From NCBI GenBank assembly GCA_900548115.1, contig URJL01000003.1:4794-68793 (forward strand): a DNA stretch of 64,000 bases, given 5' to 3'. This document shows, piece after piece, positions 9,046-18,691 of the stretch (positions within the stretch are counted from its first letter, which is position 1; each line of letters opens with the position of its first letter). Under the pieces are notes generated by a model that saw nothing but the letters and a program-made list of their open reading frames with translations, made no database searches and had not been told where the DNA came from. The stretch comes from an uncultured Eubacteriales bacterium. GTDB taxonomy: Bacteria; Bacillota; Clostridia; Oscillospirales; CAG-382. The position numbers and the translations under genes were made by a program.

Positions 9046-10743
9046 TTATGCTTCCGCGAGCGTGACTTTTACGCCCTCGGGGGCGCGGTAGGTGGTATGA
9101 ACCTTTCCGTCCGCCGCTTTTTTACAGTGAATTTCAAGATCGCCGTGCGGTGTCGGATAAACGCCCGATACTTCGGCAAGATCGCCGAGCGAAGGGGCAA
9201 GCGTGATCTCGCGGCAGCCGGGCTTTGTGATCTTTACGCCCAAAACATACTCCGAAAGATAGGCGCAGACTCCTGCCGACCAGCCGTGGCACAGGCTGTG
9301 ACGGAATCCGACGTAGCAAAACGCGCCGCGGTCGCCGTGGATATCCTCAAGTCCCTCGGGCGTGAATTCGTCGATCCTTCCCGCGTTCTCGCACCAGGCG
9401 GGGTCGAAATCCTCCCAAAAAGAAGTCGCGCCGACCTTCAGCATGCCGCCGTATACGCCGCGCACATTGGAAAGAGCGCCCGCCGTGTCGTCCGCAAGGG
9501 TGCGGGCGGCGTAGGTGAACATTCCGAGAAAAGTGGAAATTCCGTGATCGCCGTTTTTCGAAAGCACACGTTCGTTTTCCGCCTTTGCGTCACGCAGTCC
9601 CGCAAGCACGTGTATCGCGGCGATCTGCTTGTAATCGTGATCGGGAACGGGACACGCGCGCAGTCTGCGCGCAATTTCGTCGCAGAACGCCGCCTCTTTT
9701 TTGTCCGACAATTCGCGCAGCAAAAACGCCGCCTCCTCATAGGCGAGAAGAAGGAGCGTATGCACGCCCGAGAGCGACAGCGACGGATCGGAGTTGGATG
9801 GCCAGTCGAACAACGCCCAGCCGTTCGGGGTCAAAACCCCGTTTTCGTCGATGTCGGCGGCATATTGATGCACAAGGCGGATAAGAAAATCCTTCTGCTC
9901 TTTCAGATACGAAATATTTCCGTTTTGCATATAAAGACGGTTCAGCACCCGTATCCACCAGAGCGAATAGGAATAGATTCCGTTGATATATCCGTCGGGC
10001 GCGGTGAGGTCGCGGGCAAAATCAAGGCTCTTTTCCGCCGCCTCGTTTTCGCCGAAAACGCAGCACATGGCGGCAATTTCGGGGTACATATCGCCGATCC
10101 AGACGGCGCGGTCGCGCTTGATCCCGTCCCACAGATAGTCCTGCATACAAAGGTGAAGCGTATAAGCCGCCGTGTCGAAAATGCGGTTCAATTCTTCGTC
10201 GTTCGAGATAAATTTCCCGCGATATTCGATGTCGCGGAAGGTCGCGGCGGCACAGACGCCGTCGAGAGCGATCGAGGCGGATTCGTCCGCATTGTCGATG
10301 CGCAGAAAGCGAAAGCCCGTGCGCCCGATGAGCGGCGCGCTCATGCCGCCGAGCGGCTCGACAAAATCGCGCAGACTGTGGTCGTTGGTCGCGTTTTTCT
10401 CGTAAAGCTCCGCCATGACTTCGCTTGCCGATTCGCCGAAACGAAAGCGAAGGCGGCATTTGTCCCTGCTTTTCTCGTCGCACAAAAAGCGGCCGAGCGA
10501 AAGCTTTACGCCGCCGCAAAGCTCGACGCCGAAATCCAACACCAGCGCGGCGCCGGGGCGCAAAAGACAGTCGGGACGCTTCACCGTCGCGTTGGCCCCC
10601 TGGATCGGGTGAGAGCCCAATAAAACCGACGCGTCATCGCAAAGCTCGTTTTGAAACAGAATGCGATGGATCGGAAGACAGACCGTGGAAAGAACGTCGG
10701 TCTCGGGAGAAAAGCGTCTGAGCGGTTCGGGTATGTAACGCAT
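9046..10743 (-). CDS. six-hairpin glycoside hydrolase, alpha-L-rhamnosidase (GH78)-like
   Basis: ORF 9046..10857; start moved to ATG 10743 (MRYIPEPL...) behind GGAGGTA. WDGIKRDRAVWIGDMYPE resembles the rhamnosidase six-hairpin motif, with a C-terminal beta-sandwich-like tail. Confidence 0.55.
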   Translation of the reverse strand: MRYIPEPLRRFSPETDVLSTVCLPIHRILFQNELCDDASVLLGSHPIQGANATVKRPDCLLRPGAALVLDFGVELCGGVKLSLGRFLCDEKSRDKCRLRFRFGESASEVMAELYEKNATNDHSLRDFVEPLGGMSAPLIGRTGFRFLRIDNADESASIALDGVCAAATFRDIEYRGKFISNDEELNRIFDTAAYTLHLCMQDYLWDGIKRDRAVWIGDMYPEIAAMCCVFGENEAAEKSLDFARDLTAPDGYINGIYSYSLWWIRVLNRLYMQNGNISYLKEQKDFLIRLVHQYAADIDENGVLTPNGWALFDWPSNSDPSLSLSGVHTLLLLAYEEAAFLLRELSDKKEAAFCDEIARRLRACPVPDHDYKQIAAIHVLAGLRDAKAENERVLSKNGDHGISTFLGMFTYAARTLADDTAGALSNVRGVYGGMLKVGATSFWEDFDPAWCENAGRIDEFTPEGLEDIHGDRGAFCYVGFRHSLCHGWSAGVCAYLSEYVLGVKITKPGCREITLAPSLGDLAEVSGVYPTPHGDLEIHCKKAADGKVHTTYRAPEGVKVTLAEA

Positions 10744-10914
10744 AAAAATGTACCTCCGATGAAAAAGATCGGCAGTCCTTGCCGCATGGAATGTAAATTT
10801 TTTCTTACCCATTGAACAGATTGACTGAATTGTACCACAAACCCCACCTGTTTTCAAGAGATATTGCCGTATTTTACAAATATTTTAAGAATGTGAAAAA
10901 TTGGATTATCCCCC

Positions 10915-10943
10915 TTGCAAAAATCAAAAAAATGTATTATAAT
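10915..10943 (+). promoter_or_regulatory. sigma-70-type promoter candidate for gap
   Basis: TTGCAA (10915-10920), 17-nt spacer, TATAAT (10938-10943). Confidence 0.5.
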
Positions 10944-10997
10944 AGTACAGAATGATAAGAATAACATCATATCTTACATTATCAGGAGGAAAAAATC

Positions 10998-12026
10998 ATG
11001 TCAGTTAAAGTTGCCATTAACGGTTTCGGTCGTATCGGCCGTCTCGCATTCAGACAGATGTTCGGCGCAGAGGGCTACGAAGTTGTTGCCATCAACGACC
11101 TTACCGATCCTAAGATGCTCGCTCAGCTTCTCAAGTACGATACCGCACAGGGCGGTTACTGCGGTAAGATCGGCGAAGGTCTTCACACGGTTGAAGCCGG
11201 CGAAGATTCCATCACCGTAGACGGCAAGAAGATCACCATTTACGCTATGAAGGACGCAAAGGATCTCCCTTGGGGCAAGCTCGGCGTTGACGTCGTTCTC
11301 GAGTGCACCGGCTTCTACTGCTCGAAGGAAAAGTCTCAGGCTCACATCGACGCAGGCGCTAAGAAGGTCGTTATCTCCGCTCCCGCAGGCAAGGATCTTC
11401 CCACCATCGTTTACAACGTAAACCACAAGACCCTCACCAAGGATGACACCATCATCTCCGCTGCATCCTGCACCACCAACTGCCTCGCTCCCATGGCAAA
11501 GGCTCTTAACGATTTCGCTCCCATCCAGAGCGGTATCATGAGCACCATCCATGCTTACACCGGCGACCAGATGATCCTCGACGGTCCTCACAGAAAGGGC
11601 GACCTCCGTCGTGCCCGTGCCGGCGCCGCCAACATCGTTCCGAACTCCACCGGTGCGGCTAAGGCAATCGGTCTTGTTATCCCCGAACTGAACGGCAAGC
11701 TCATCGGCTCTGCTCAGCGTGTTCCGGTTCCGACCGGCTCCACCACTATCCTTACCGCTGTTGTTAAGGGCAAGGACATCACTCCCGAAGCCGTTAACGC
11801 CGCTATGAAGGCTCAGGCTTCCGAATCCTTCGGCTACAACGAAGATCAGATCGTTTCCTCCGACGTTATCGGTATGCGTTACGGTTCTCTCTTTGATGCA
11901 ACCCAGACCATGGTTTGCAAGATCGCCGATGACCTTTACGAGGTTCAGGTCGTATCGTGGTACGACAACGAAAACTCCTACACCAGCCAGATGGTTCGCA
12001 CCATTAAGTACTTTGCCGAAATCTAA
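10998..12026 (+). CDS. gap: type I glyceraldehyde-3-phosphate dehydrogenase
   Basis: [12 protein letters not shown]-binding motif, active site [10 protein letters not shown]-terminal WYDNENSY; GGAGG RBS upstream. Confidence 0.95.
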   Translation: MSVKVAINGFGRIGRLAFRQMFGAEGYEVVAINDLTDPKMLAQLLKYDTAQGGYCGKIGEGLHTVEAGEDSITVDGKKITIYAMKDAKDLPWGKLGVDVVLECTGFYCSKEKSQAHIDAGAKKVVISAPAGKDLPTIVYNVNHKTLTKDDTIISAASCTTNCLAPMAKALNDFAPIQSGIMSTIHAYTGDQMILDGPHRKGDLRRARAGAANIVPNSTGAAKAIGLVIPELNGKLIGSAQRVPVPTGSTTILTAVVKGKDITPEAVNAAMKAQASESFGYNEDQIVSSDVIGMRYGSLFDATQTMVCKIADDLYEVQVVSWYDNENSYTSQMVRTIKYFAEI

Positions 12027-12052
12027 GCGTTTCGCGTTCTTTCGGTAAGTTT

Positions 12053-12084
12053 TCCCGCGGAAATTGCTTCCGCGGGATTTTTTT
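12053..12084 (+). terminator. intrinsic terminator after gap
   Basis: Stem TCCCGCGGAA (12053-12062) / TTCCGCGGGA (12068-12077), followed by seven T. Confidence 0.8.
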
Positions 12085-12117
12085 ATCCCGTTTACGGTAT
12101 TTGCAAAAGATTGCGAC

Positions 12118-12146
12118 TTGAATTTTGAAAAGAATTGTGCTATACT
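12118..12146 (+). promoter_or_regulatory. sigma-70-type promoter candidate for the WG-repeat gene
   Basis: TTGAAT (12118-12123), 17-nt spacer, TATACT (12141-12146), with TGc extended -10. Confidence 0.4.
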
Positions 12147-12234
12147 GTATACGGTGAATTTTGTCGCGCGGACGCAAAGAGTTCGCTTATGCAAAAATGA
12201 TCGAATTCGAGTATTTTGAGCGAGGTGCAGATCC

Positions 12235-13623
12235 GTGAGCAGTCTTTCGAAACGCATTCTTTTATACCTCGGTCTTGCCGCCGTGTCGGCAGGGCTGATT
12301 CTTTGCGCCGCAAAGACTGTAAACGATACGAAAATTCACCCCGACATATCCGAAAAAAACGAGATTGACGGAAAAAATCAAAGCGGCGCGGACGACAGCG
12401 AAACGCCCGATGACACGAAAGAAAATGAAAATGTTCCCGAAAGGACGCGCACGGCAAAGGAATATCTCGCAAAAGCTCCGTTTTCTCCCGTTTCGGAGGA
12501 ATACGTTCTCTCCGACGGCGTGTATGACGACACCTACCGTCTTTCGCTCGTGACGCCGACCGACAAGACTTTTTTTGACAAAGCAAAATATGCCGTGACC
12601 TACGAAAACGAGGACGGCACGACTTCGACTTCTTATTATTTTACCATGTGGCCGCGCATGGGCTTTATCATTGCTGCCGACGAAAACGGGCGCGCGGCGC
12701 TCAACGCGAAGGGCGAAACCATCGTCTTCCCCGAGAACTACAGCATGGTCTTTCTCGGCATACGCGATGCCCAAAACCGCCCGATCTTCAAAGAGTGGCG
12801 GTCCGATACGCTTTTTGCCGTGGCGCAGGACGGAAGTATTACCGAGACGACCTACGATGAGCGGCTTGATTTTCGCGGTGTGAATTTCGATTATCCGTCG
12901 TATTACGGCGTGAGCGACGACGCGGAGTGCGAGGTCGTCTCGACCCGTTCGGGCTTCGGCTATCGGGTTCACGAGGGAAAAAGCGTCCCCGCCGCTTATG
13001 AAAAGGCGTTCGCCTTTTCCGAGGGGTACGGCTGTGCCTACGACGCGCAGAACCGCCTTTACTTCTATAACGCCGACGGTCGGCTTCGCGTCGGCGGACT
13101 TGCGTCGATTCTGTACGGCGCGGGCGAAGAAACGGGAGAGCGTGCGCTCGGGTATTACTATTTCGACGAGGGACTGACGCGCGCGGTCCGCCGCCGTTAT
13201 GTGCGGGGCGAGCTTCAGTCGGAATACGAGACCTTCGTCAACCGCAAAGGCGAGGAATTTCACGTTCCCGCGGATTATACCGTTTATTCCTACAGCTGCG
13301 GGCGCATTTTGCTGGAAAAGAACGGACTCGCGGGATACATGACCTCACGCGGGAAGTTCATTTGCGAGCCGACCTTTACTTATGCCCGCCCGTTTTTTGA
13401 GGGACTTGCCGTTGTGGGCGAAGAGGGCGGCAAAAAGGGCATGATCGACCGCGACGGAAATTACGTTATCGAGCCGCTTTTCGATGAGATAACCGATTGT
13501 TCGGGCGGCGTTATCTGCCTTTACGACAAAAGCTGCGGCTGGCAGATTATCAATAAGACCCATGCCGTGCCGACGGAGGAAGAAAACGCCGTAGTGTCGG
13601 ATACCGCGGCGGAAACAGAATAA
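12235..13623 (+). CDS. WG-repeat (KWG-type) protein, probable lipoprotein or membrane-anchored
   Basis: GTG start behind GAGGTG. N-terminal hydrophobic segment with lipobox-like GLILC. Repeated G(Y/L)..xxG..vi.P.f motifs, e.g. GLAGYMTSRGKFICEPTFTYARPFFEGLAVV and KKGMIDRDGNYVIEPLFDEI. Confidence 0.7.
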   Translation: MSSLSKRILLYLGLAAVSAGLILCAAKTVNDTKIHPDISEKNEIDGKNQSGADDSETPDDTKENENVPERTRTAKEYLAKAPFSPVSEEYVLSDGVYDDTYRLSLVTPTDKTFFDKAKYAVTYENEDGTTSTSYYFTMWPRMGFIIAADENGRAALNAKGETIVFPENYSMVFLGIRDAQNRPIFKEWRSDTLFAVAQDGSITETTYDERLDFRGVNFDYPSYYGVSDDAECEVVSTRSGFGYRVHEGKSVPAAYEKAFAFSEGYGCAYDAQNRLYFYNADGRLRVGGLASILYGAGEETGERALGYYYFDEGLTRAVRRRYVRGELQSEYETFVNRKGEEFHVPADYTVYSYSCGRILLEKNGLAGYMTSRGKFICEPTFTYARPFFEGLAVVGEEGGKKGMIDRDGNYVIEPLFDEITDCSGGVICLYDKSCGWQIINKTHAVPTEEENAVVSDTAAETE

Positions 13624-13708
13624 AACGAAATAATCAAAAAAACGATTCCCGAGAGAAACAGAAAAACGGAAACAGACAGATTAAAAAAAGCGAGAGGGGG
13701 AAAACGAC

Positions 13709-14332
13709 GTGGCATTTTTCGTCCGTAAAAAGCTTTCGACCGATGAGGCGAAGCTGAGCGGCGACGCCCTTTTGGTGGATCGGGCGAAGAACGGGGATTC
13801 CGAAGCGTACGGCGCTTTGGTGGAAAAATACAGCTCTTTTGTTTACCGCACGATCTTTTACGACATAAAAAAACATGAGGATGCCGAGGATATTGCGCAG
13901 GAGGTATTCATCAAAGCCTACGGCGCGTTGAATGTCTTTCGATACGACAGTGAGTTTTCGACATGGCTCTATCGCATCTGCAAAAATGCCGTATACGATT
14001 ATGTGCGGAAAACAAACCGAAACAAAACCGTTTCGCTTTCGGATATGACTTATGACGAAGAAGACGAAAAGGAAGCCGAAATTCCCGACCGTTCGGGAAA
14101 ATATGAGCCCGAAAAACAATTCATCACCAACGAGACGACGCGCCTTGTGCGCAAGGCGATTTACGAGCTTTCCGAAGAGCATCGCGAGGTAATCATCCTG
14201 CGCGAGCTGGAGGGTTACAGCTATGCGGAGATTGCCGAGCTTCTGTCTTTGGAGGAGGGAACAGTGAAATCCCGCCTTTCGCGCGCCCGAATCGCGCTGA
14301 AAAAGAAGCTGGAAGGTCAGGATCTTTTATAA
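13709..14332 (+). CDS. ECF-type RNA polymerase sigma-70 family factor
   Basis: GTG start behind GAGGGGG. Region 2 DAEDIAQEVFIKAY...WLYRICKNAVYDY; region 4 HTH GYSYAEIAELLSLEEGTVKSRLSRAR. An acidic linker separates them. Confidence 0.85.
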   Translation: MAFFVRKKLSTDEAKLSGDALLVDRAKNGDSEAYGALVEKYSSFVYRTIFYDIKKHEDAEDIAQEVFIKAYGALNVFRYDSEFSTWLYRICKNAVYDYVRKTNRNKTVSLSDMTYDEEDEKEAEIPDRSGKYEPEKQFITNETTRLVRKAIYELSEEHREVIILRELEGYSYAEIAELLSLEEGTVKSRLSRARIALKKKLEGQDLL

Positions 14333-14457
14333 GGTGAGAAACGTTAACCGAAATCTTCGAAAAAATGGGAACAAAATGAAAAAAACAACGTCTATACAGT
14401 ATGTAACGAAGGATATGTGCGGAAAGACCCGCACGATATCAGAAAGGAGAATGCGAC

Positions 14458-15633
14458 ATGAACAGTAAACTTTCCTGTCGGGACGCAAAAAAGCGGCTGA
14501 TTATGCTGGATTATGACGAACCTGTCCCGCAGGATTTGCAGGAGCATTTTGACACCTGTCCCTCTTGCCGAAAAGAGTATACCGATCAAAAGGAAATGCA
14601 CGATCTTTTGCGTGCCTACGCAAGAGAGTGTCGGGCTTCCGCCCCAAAAGAGCTGTCCGACTCGGTCATGAAACGCATTCGCAACGAAAAGGTCGAAATC
14701 AAAAAGGATAATACGGCAAAGCGTCTGCGTCTGCCTATCGGTACGATTGCCGCCGCGGCAGCCGTGCTGGCGGTTTATGTCGGAATTTATCAAAGCAAGC
14801 TTCCGATCTCTCTTTTTTCGGATGAGAAGGCGGACAGCGCACAAAGTGAAGACGTAAACGAAACGCAGTTGTTTTATATGAAGTCTGCCGGAGGCGACGC
14901 CTTGTTCGAGTCGGACGTTACCGATGATTCGGAAAATCTGCACGATGCGCAGGATAATACCGCCGATTCCGCATCCGAAAACGAAGACGCGGATTATCGT
15001 ATCGCCGACGCCGACGGTCTTGCCGACGATGCTTGCGGAGAAATTTCGCTTCCCCCCATGCAGAGCATAATGAAAGGGCCGAATACCCCCGACGATGCGG
15101 GTTCGCTTCTTTCGGGCGATGAAACGACGCAAATCAATTCTGCCGAATCGGGTGAGAGTGAAGACGAGAAGGAGAGCAAGAGCACGACGTATTTCGCTCC
15201 CATCGTTCCGAGTACCGAAAGCACTGCGGACGGTGCGGATGATCGTTCGCTTGACGGTGCTGAGTATTCCGATGATACCGTTGCGGCGAAAGCAAACGGG
15301 TTCACGAACGACATGTGCAGCTTACCCAAAGCGGAAAACGGAACCGGAGACGAAAACAAACGCGGAGGCGGCGGAGGGTCTTCGGGCGAAGGCGCGAGCG
15401 CGGGATCAAACAGCGGTGCAAGCGCAAGCGCAAACGCGATCGACTTTGAAACGCTTGCCGAGCGCCAGTTCGAAAAGCTTTCGGAGCAGTATCCCGACCG
15501 CATTTCCCGCGAACTTTTCGATTCGATCGGCGCGGAGAAATATCTTGCGTTCCTCTCCTCGCTCGAGGATTTCGACGCCGACTACAATGCCGAACGGTTC
15601 GCGGCTTTTGCGGCGGAGCAGAGTGCGGGCTGA
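14458..15633 (+). CDS. anti-sigma factor (zf-HC2 type) with one TM helix and a long acidic/Ser-Gly-rich extracytoplasmic region
   Basis: N-terminal C..(x)..H...C..C pattern (LSCRDAKKRL...LQEHFDTCPSCRKEY) and TM segment LPIGTIAAAAAVLAVYVGIY. About 260 low-complexity residues follow (DDSENLHDAQDNTADSASENEDAD..., GGGGGSSGEGASAGSNSGASASA). Confidence 0.75.
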   Translation: MNSKLSCRDAKKRLIMLDYDEPVPQDLQEHFDTCPSCRKEYTDQKEMHDLLRAYARECRASAPKELSDSVMKRIRNEKVEIKKDNTAKRLRLPIGTIAAAAAVLAVYVGIYQSKLPISLFSDEKADSAQSEDVNETQLFYMKSAGGDALFESDVTDDSENLHDAQDNTADSASENEDADYRIADADGLADDACGEISLPPMQSIMKGPNTPDDAGSLLSGDETTQINSAESGESEDEKESKSTTYFAPIVPSTESTADGADDRSLDGAEYSDDTVAAKANGFTNDMCSLPKAENGTGDENKRGGGGGSSGEGASAGSNSGASASANAIDFETLAERQFEKLSEQYPDRISRELFDSIGAEKYLAFLSSLEDFDADYNAERFAAFAAEQSAG

Positions 15634-15699
15634 GTTTCCGAAAGGCGGAAAAACAAATATAAAAAAAGACAAAGAGTCAAAATTTTCTTGCTTGCCAAT

Positions 15700-15730
15700 A
15701 AGCCCGGTGTGACCACCGGGCTTATTTCTG
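15700..15730. terminator. intrinsic terminator between convergent genes
   Basis: Stem AAGCCCGGTG (15700-15709) / CACCGGGCTT (15714-15723), then ATTTCTG. Confidence 0.65.
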
Positions 15731-15778
15731 TTATGGGTGCTTTTTATGAGCGTTTTTTGCCGACGGGGAAAAGAAGAT

Positions 15779-16609
15779 TCAGGACATCCGCGCGCTGAGA
15801 GGTGACACTCCGAAATAGGCGCGGTACGCGCGGTAAAAGGACGCGTAATCCTCGTATCCGACTTTTTGCGCGACCGAGGTTGCTTTTTCGCCGAGACGCA
15901 GCATTTCCTCCGCCGCCAGCATGCGGCGCGTGCGGATATAGCGCATGGGGCTCATGCCCAGCGCGTCCTTTAAAAGGCTGTGCAGATAGGCGGGGGAAAG
16001 ATAAAAGCGGCGGCAGAGAAGCTCGATCGAAAGCGGCTCAAACAGGTGCTCGTCGATATACCCGATAATTTCCTCCGCCGCTTGGGTGTGTCCGTCAAAT
16101 GCGACGCATTCGCGGTTTTCCTCGCACAGCGACAAAAGATAGATAAGCTCGGTCAAAAGAGCGGGATAAAGCGCGTCGCGCTCGCCCTTCGGAAAGGCGG
16201 TGCGGGCGTTTCGAAGCAGAGAAAAGACGTGAACAAGCGCCGTGTTTTCGGCACCGATGATTTTGGGCGACGAAAAGACCTTTTTCAAAAGAGCCGTCGG
16301 CGCGCCGCAGGTGTCGAAATTCAAAACCATGCGCTCATACGGGACGGAGGAAAGAATTTCCATTCGGTGACTGTACAGAGGAGGGATCAGAACCGTTTCG
16401 CCCGACTGCATCGCATGGCGCAGATTGCCCACGACGCAATGCACATCGCCGCGCAAAAAGTATAAAATTTCATATTTTCGATGAGTATGACTGCGAAATT
16501 CGTGAATTTTCGGCGCGTCGCTTTTCGAATCGGCAAAGCGAAAATCGCCGACCGTGACGATATGATCCGTAGAATCTCCCTCCCCATTTCCCGAAATGTT
16601 TTTCTTCAT
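15779..16609 (-). CDS. AraC-family transcriptional regulator
   Basis: ORF 15779..16762; start moved to ATG 16609 (MKKNISG...). Cupin-like N-terminal domain (HTHRKYEILYFLRGD) and C-terminal double HTH (...YLHSLLKDALGMSPMRYIRTRRMLAAEEML...GYEDYASFYRAYRAYFG). Divergent from the 16737 operon. Confidence 0.85.
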   Translation of the reverse strand: MKKNISGNGEGDSTDHIVTVGDFRFADSKSDAPKIHEFRSHTHRKYEILYFLRGDVHCVVGNLRHAMQSGETVLIPPLYSHRMEILSSVPYERMVLNFDTCGAPTALLKKVFSSPKIIGAENTALVHVFSLLRNARTAFPKGERDALYPALLTELIYLLSLCEENRECVAFDGHTQAAEEIIGYIDEHLFEPLSIELLCRRFYLSPAYLHSLLKDALGMSPMRYIRTRRMLAAEEMLRLGEKATSVAQKVGYEDYASFYRAYRAYFGVSPLSARMS

Positions 16610-16736
16610 TGTAGCATTTTTGCAGAGAAAATGCAATATAAATCGAGAATTTTGCCAATTCCCATTGTGTTTTATTCTGTTACAATGATAATACAAAGAG
16701 AAAAATGAAAACGAAAAGAAAAAGGAGCGTTGCTTT

Positions 16737-17843
16737 ATGGAAAAACTACGGGTTGCGATCATCGGGCAGGGACGGAGCGGACGGGATATCCACGGGCGTT
16801 TCTTCCGTTCGCCCGCGTGTGAAAAATTCCGCGTTGCGGCTGTGGTCGACGAGATAGAAGAGCGCCGCGCGCGGGCGCGGGACGAATATGGGTGCGCTTG
16901 CGAGACATTTGCTGACTATCGCGAACTTTTTCCGCTTCGCGAAAAGATCGATCTTATTGTAAACGCCTCGTTTTCCGATCAGCATTGCGCTATTGCACGG
17001 GAGCTTTTGGCGCACGGTTTTTCCGTGCTGTGCGAAAAGCCGTTTGCGGCGACCGACGCGGAATGCGGTGAGCTGATCGCCCTTTCGGAAAAGTACGGCG
17101 GAAAGCTTTTTGTCTTTCATCAGACGCTTTTCACGCCCGCTTTTGAAAAAGTGAAGGAAACCGCCGAGAGCGGAATCTTGGGGAAGCTTTCGCAAATTTC
17201 GCTCCGCTACTCGGGGCTTTTCCGCCGTTGGGATTGGCAGACTCTGCAAATGAGGGTCGGCGGAAGCCTTTACAATTCGGGTCCACACCCGATCGGGCAG
17301 GCGCTGTCTCTTCTCGATTGGGACGAAAATGTCCGTGTTTCGTTTGCGCGGCTCGGGCTTTTCAACACAAGCGGTGACGCGGAGGATTATGCCAAGGTGA
17401 TTCTCGAAGCGCCGAATAAGCCCCTTGTCGATATCGAGATCGCCTCGACCGACGCAAAACTAAAAAATCTTTTTGCCGACTGGACCTATAAGCTTGAGGG
17501 AAGCATGGGCACAATGCTTTCAAACGACGCCGAATACACCCTTCTTTTCCGCAAAGCGCCCCTTTCGCCGCGCCCCGTTCGGTTTGAGCCGCTGTCCGAC
17601 GCAAACGGTTTGCCCGCTTATTGCACCGAAACGGTGGAGGAACACATCGAAAACGGAACGTTTTCGGGTACGGCGTTTGACCGAGCGGTCGAAAAGTTTT
17701 ATGACGGCGTGTACGATTCGCTCGTAAACGGCCTTCCGCACCCCGTAACGCCCGAGATGGCAAGAAAGGTCATTGCGATCATTGCTGAATGTCACAAAAG
17801 ATGTCCGCTTGCGGTGCGGTACGAAAAAGAGGAGACAAGATGA
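16737..17843 (+). CDS. Gfo/Idh/MocA-family oxidoreductase
   Basis: N-terminal Rossmann motif LRVAIIGQGRSGRDIH and a CEKPFA motif typical of the family; AAGGAG RBS. Confidence 0.8.
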   Translation: MEKLRVAIIGQGRSGRDIHGRFFRSPACEKFRVAAVVDEIEERRARARDEYGCACETFADYRELFPLREKIDLIVNASFSDQHCAIARELLAHGFSVLCEKPFAATDAECGELIALSEKYGGKLFVFHQTLFTPAFEKVKETAESGILGKLSQISLRYSGLFRRWDWQTLQMRVGGSLYNSGPHPIGQALSLLDWDENVRVSFARLGLFNTSGDAEDYAKVILEAPNKPLVDIEIASTDAKLKNLFADWTYKLEGSMGTMLSNDAEYTLLFRKAPLSPRPVRFEPLSDANGLPAYCTETVEEHIENGTFSGTAFDRAVEKFYDGVYDSLVNGLPHPVTPEMARKVIAIIAECHKRCPLAVRYEKEETR

Positions 17844-18691
17844 AAAAAATCGTAATTTTGGGCTGTGAAAACAGCCACGCGGACGGGTTTTTGAACGTGA
17901 TCCGAGAAGAAGAGCCGCCGCTCGAGGTTCTCGGCGTATACAGCGACGAAAGCGACGCCGCAAAGCGTGTGTCGGAAAAATTCGGTGTTCCGATCCTTCC
18001 ACACTTTGACGACGCGGTCGGAAAGGCCGACGGCGTTATGATCACGGCGCGGCACGGCGGCCGCCATTTTCCGCTTGCCGCACCCTATCTTCCGTCGGGC
18101 GTTCCGCTGTTTATCGACAAGCCCTTTTCTTGCTCGCTCGCGGATGGGAGAGCGTTTTGCGAAGAATTGAAAAAATACAAAAACCCCGTTTGCGGCGGCT
18201 CGGTCATGCCGAAAATTCCCGATGTGCGCACGCTGCGCGATACGGTTGCCAGCTCGGGAATCGGGGAGATCGTCGGCGGGTCGCTTATCTTTCCGACCTT
18301 TACCGACAGCCCTTACGGCGGGTATAAATTCTACGTTGCCCATATGCTCGAAACGGCAATGTTTCTGTTCGGAAAGGATATCCGCGGGGTATCCGCCTCG
18401 ATCATGGAAAAAAATATGTACTGTGAGCTGATCTACGACTCTTTCCGCGTGCAATCGACCATGAGCGATCTTCGGTATTATTTTTCCGCCTGTGTTATCG
18501 GAAAACACGGGACGGTCGAAAAGAAACCGGTTTTGCCGTCGGATATGGGAAAATATGAGCTTGCGGAGTTTTCGGCGCTGCTGAGCGGAAAAGCGCCGAA
18601 GCAAACGCCCGACGAGCTTCTTTTCCCCGTGCGTTTGATCGACGCGATCGACCGTGCGCTCGAAAGCGGGAAGAGCGAGGCGGTTTTATGA
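17840..18691 (+). CDS. Gfo/Idh/MocA-like protein with an atypical N-terminal dinucleotide-binding motif
   Basis: ORF 17789..18691; ATG 17840 overlaps the upstream stop (ATGA) behind GAGGAGA. It has IDKPF (the family EKP-type motif), but the N-terminus reads VILGCENSHADGF instead of GxGxxG. Confidence 0.6.
   Translation: MKKIVILGCENSHADGFLNVIREEEPPLEVLGVYSDESDAAKRVSEKFGVPILPHFDDAVGKADGVMITARHGGRHFPLAAPYLPSGVPLFIDKPFSCSLADGRAFCEELKKYKNPVCGGSVMPKIPDVRTLRDTVASSGIGEIVGGSLIFPTFTDSPYGGYKFYVAHMLETAMFLFGKDIRGVSASIMEKNMYCELIYDSFRVQSTMSDLRYYFSACVIGKHGTVEKKPVLPSDMGKYELAEFSALLSGKAPKQTPDELLFPVRLIDAIDRALESGKSEAVL

Noticed and set aside
9016-10623. 535-aa + strand ORF overlapping the GH78-like gene.
   Set aside because: It has no motifs and no RBS, and its composition is typical of an antisense frame. 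The - strand frame has hydrolase-like motifs and a proper start.
13653-13700. ECF-type autoregulatory promoter (GAAAC-N16/17-CGT) upstream of the sigma factor gene.
   Set aside because: Two GAAAC strings exist, but neither has a CGT-type -10 at the right spacing, and one would place the start site inside the RBS.
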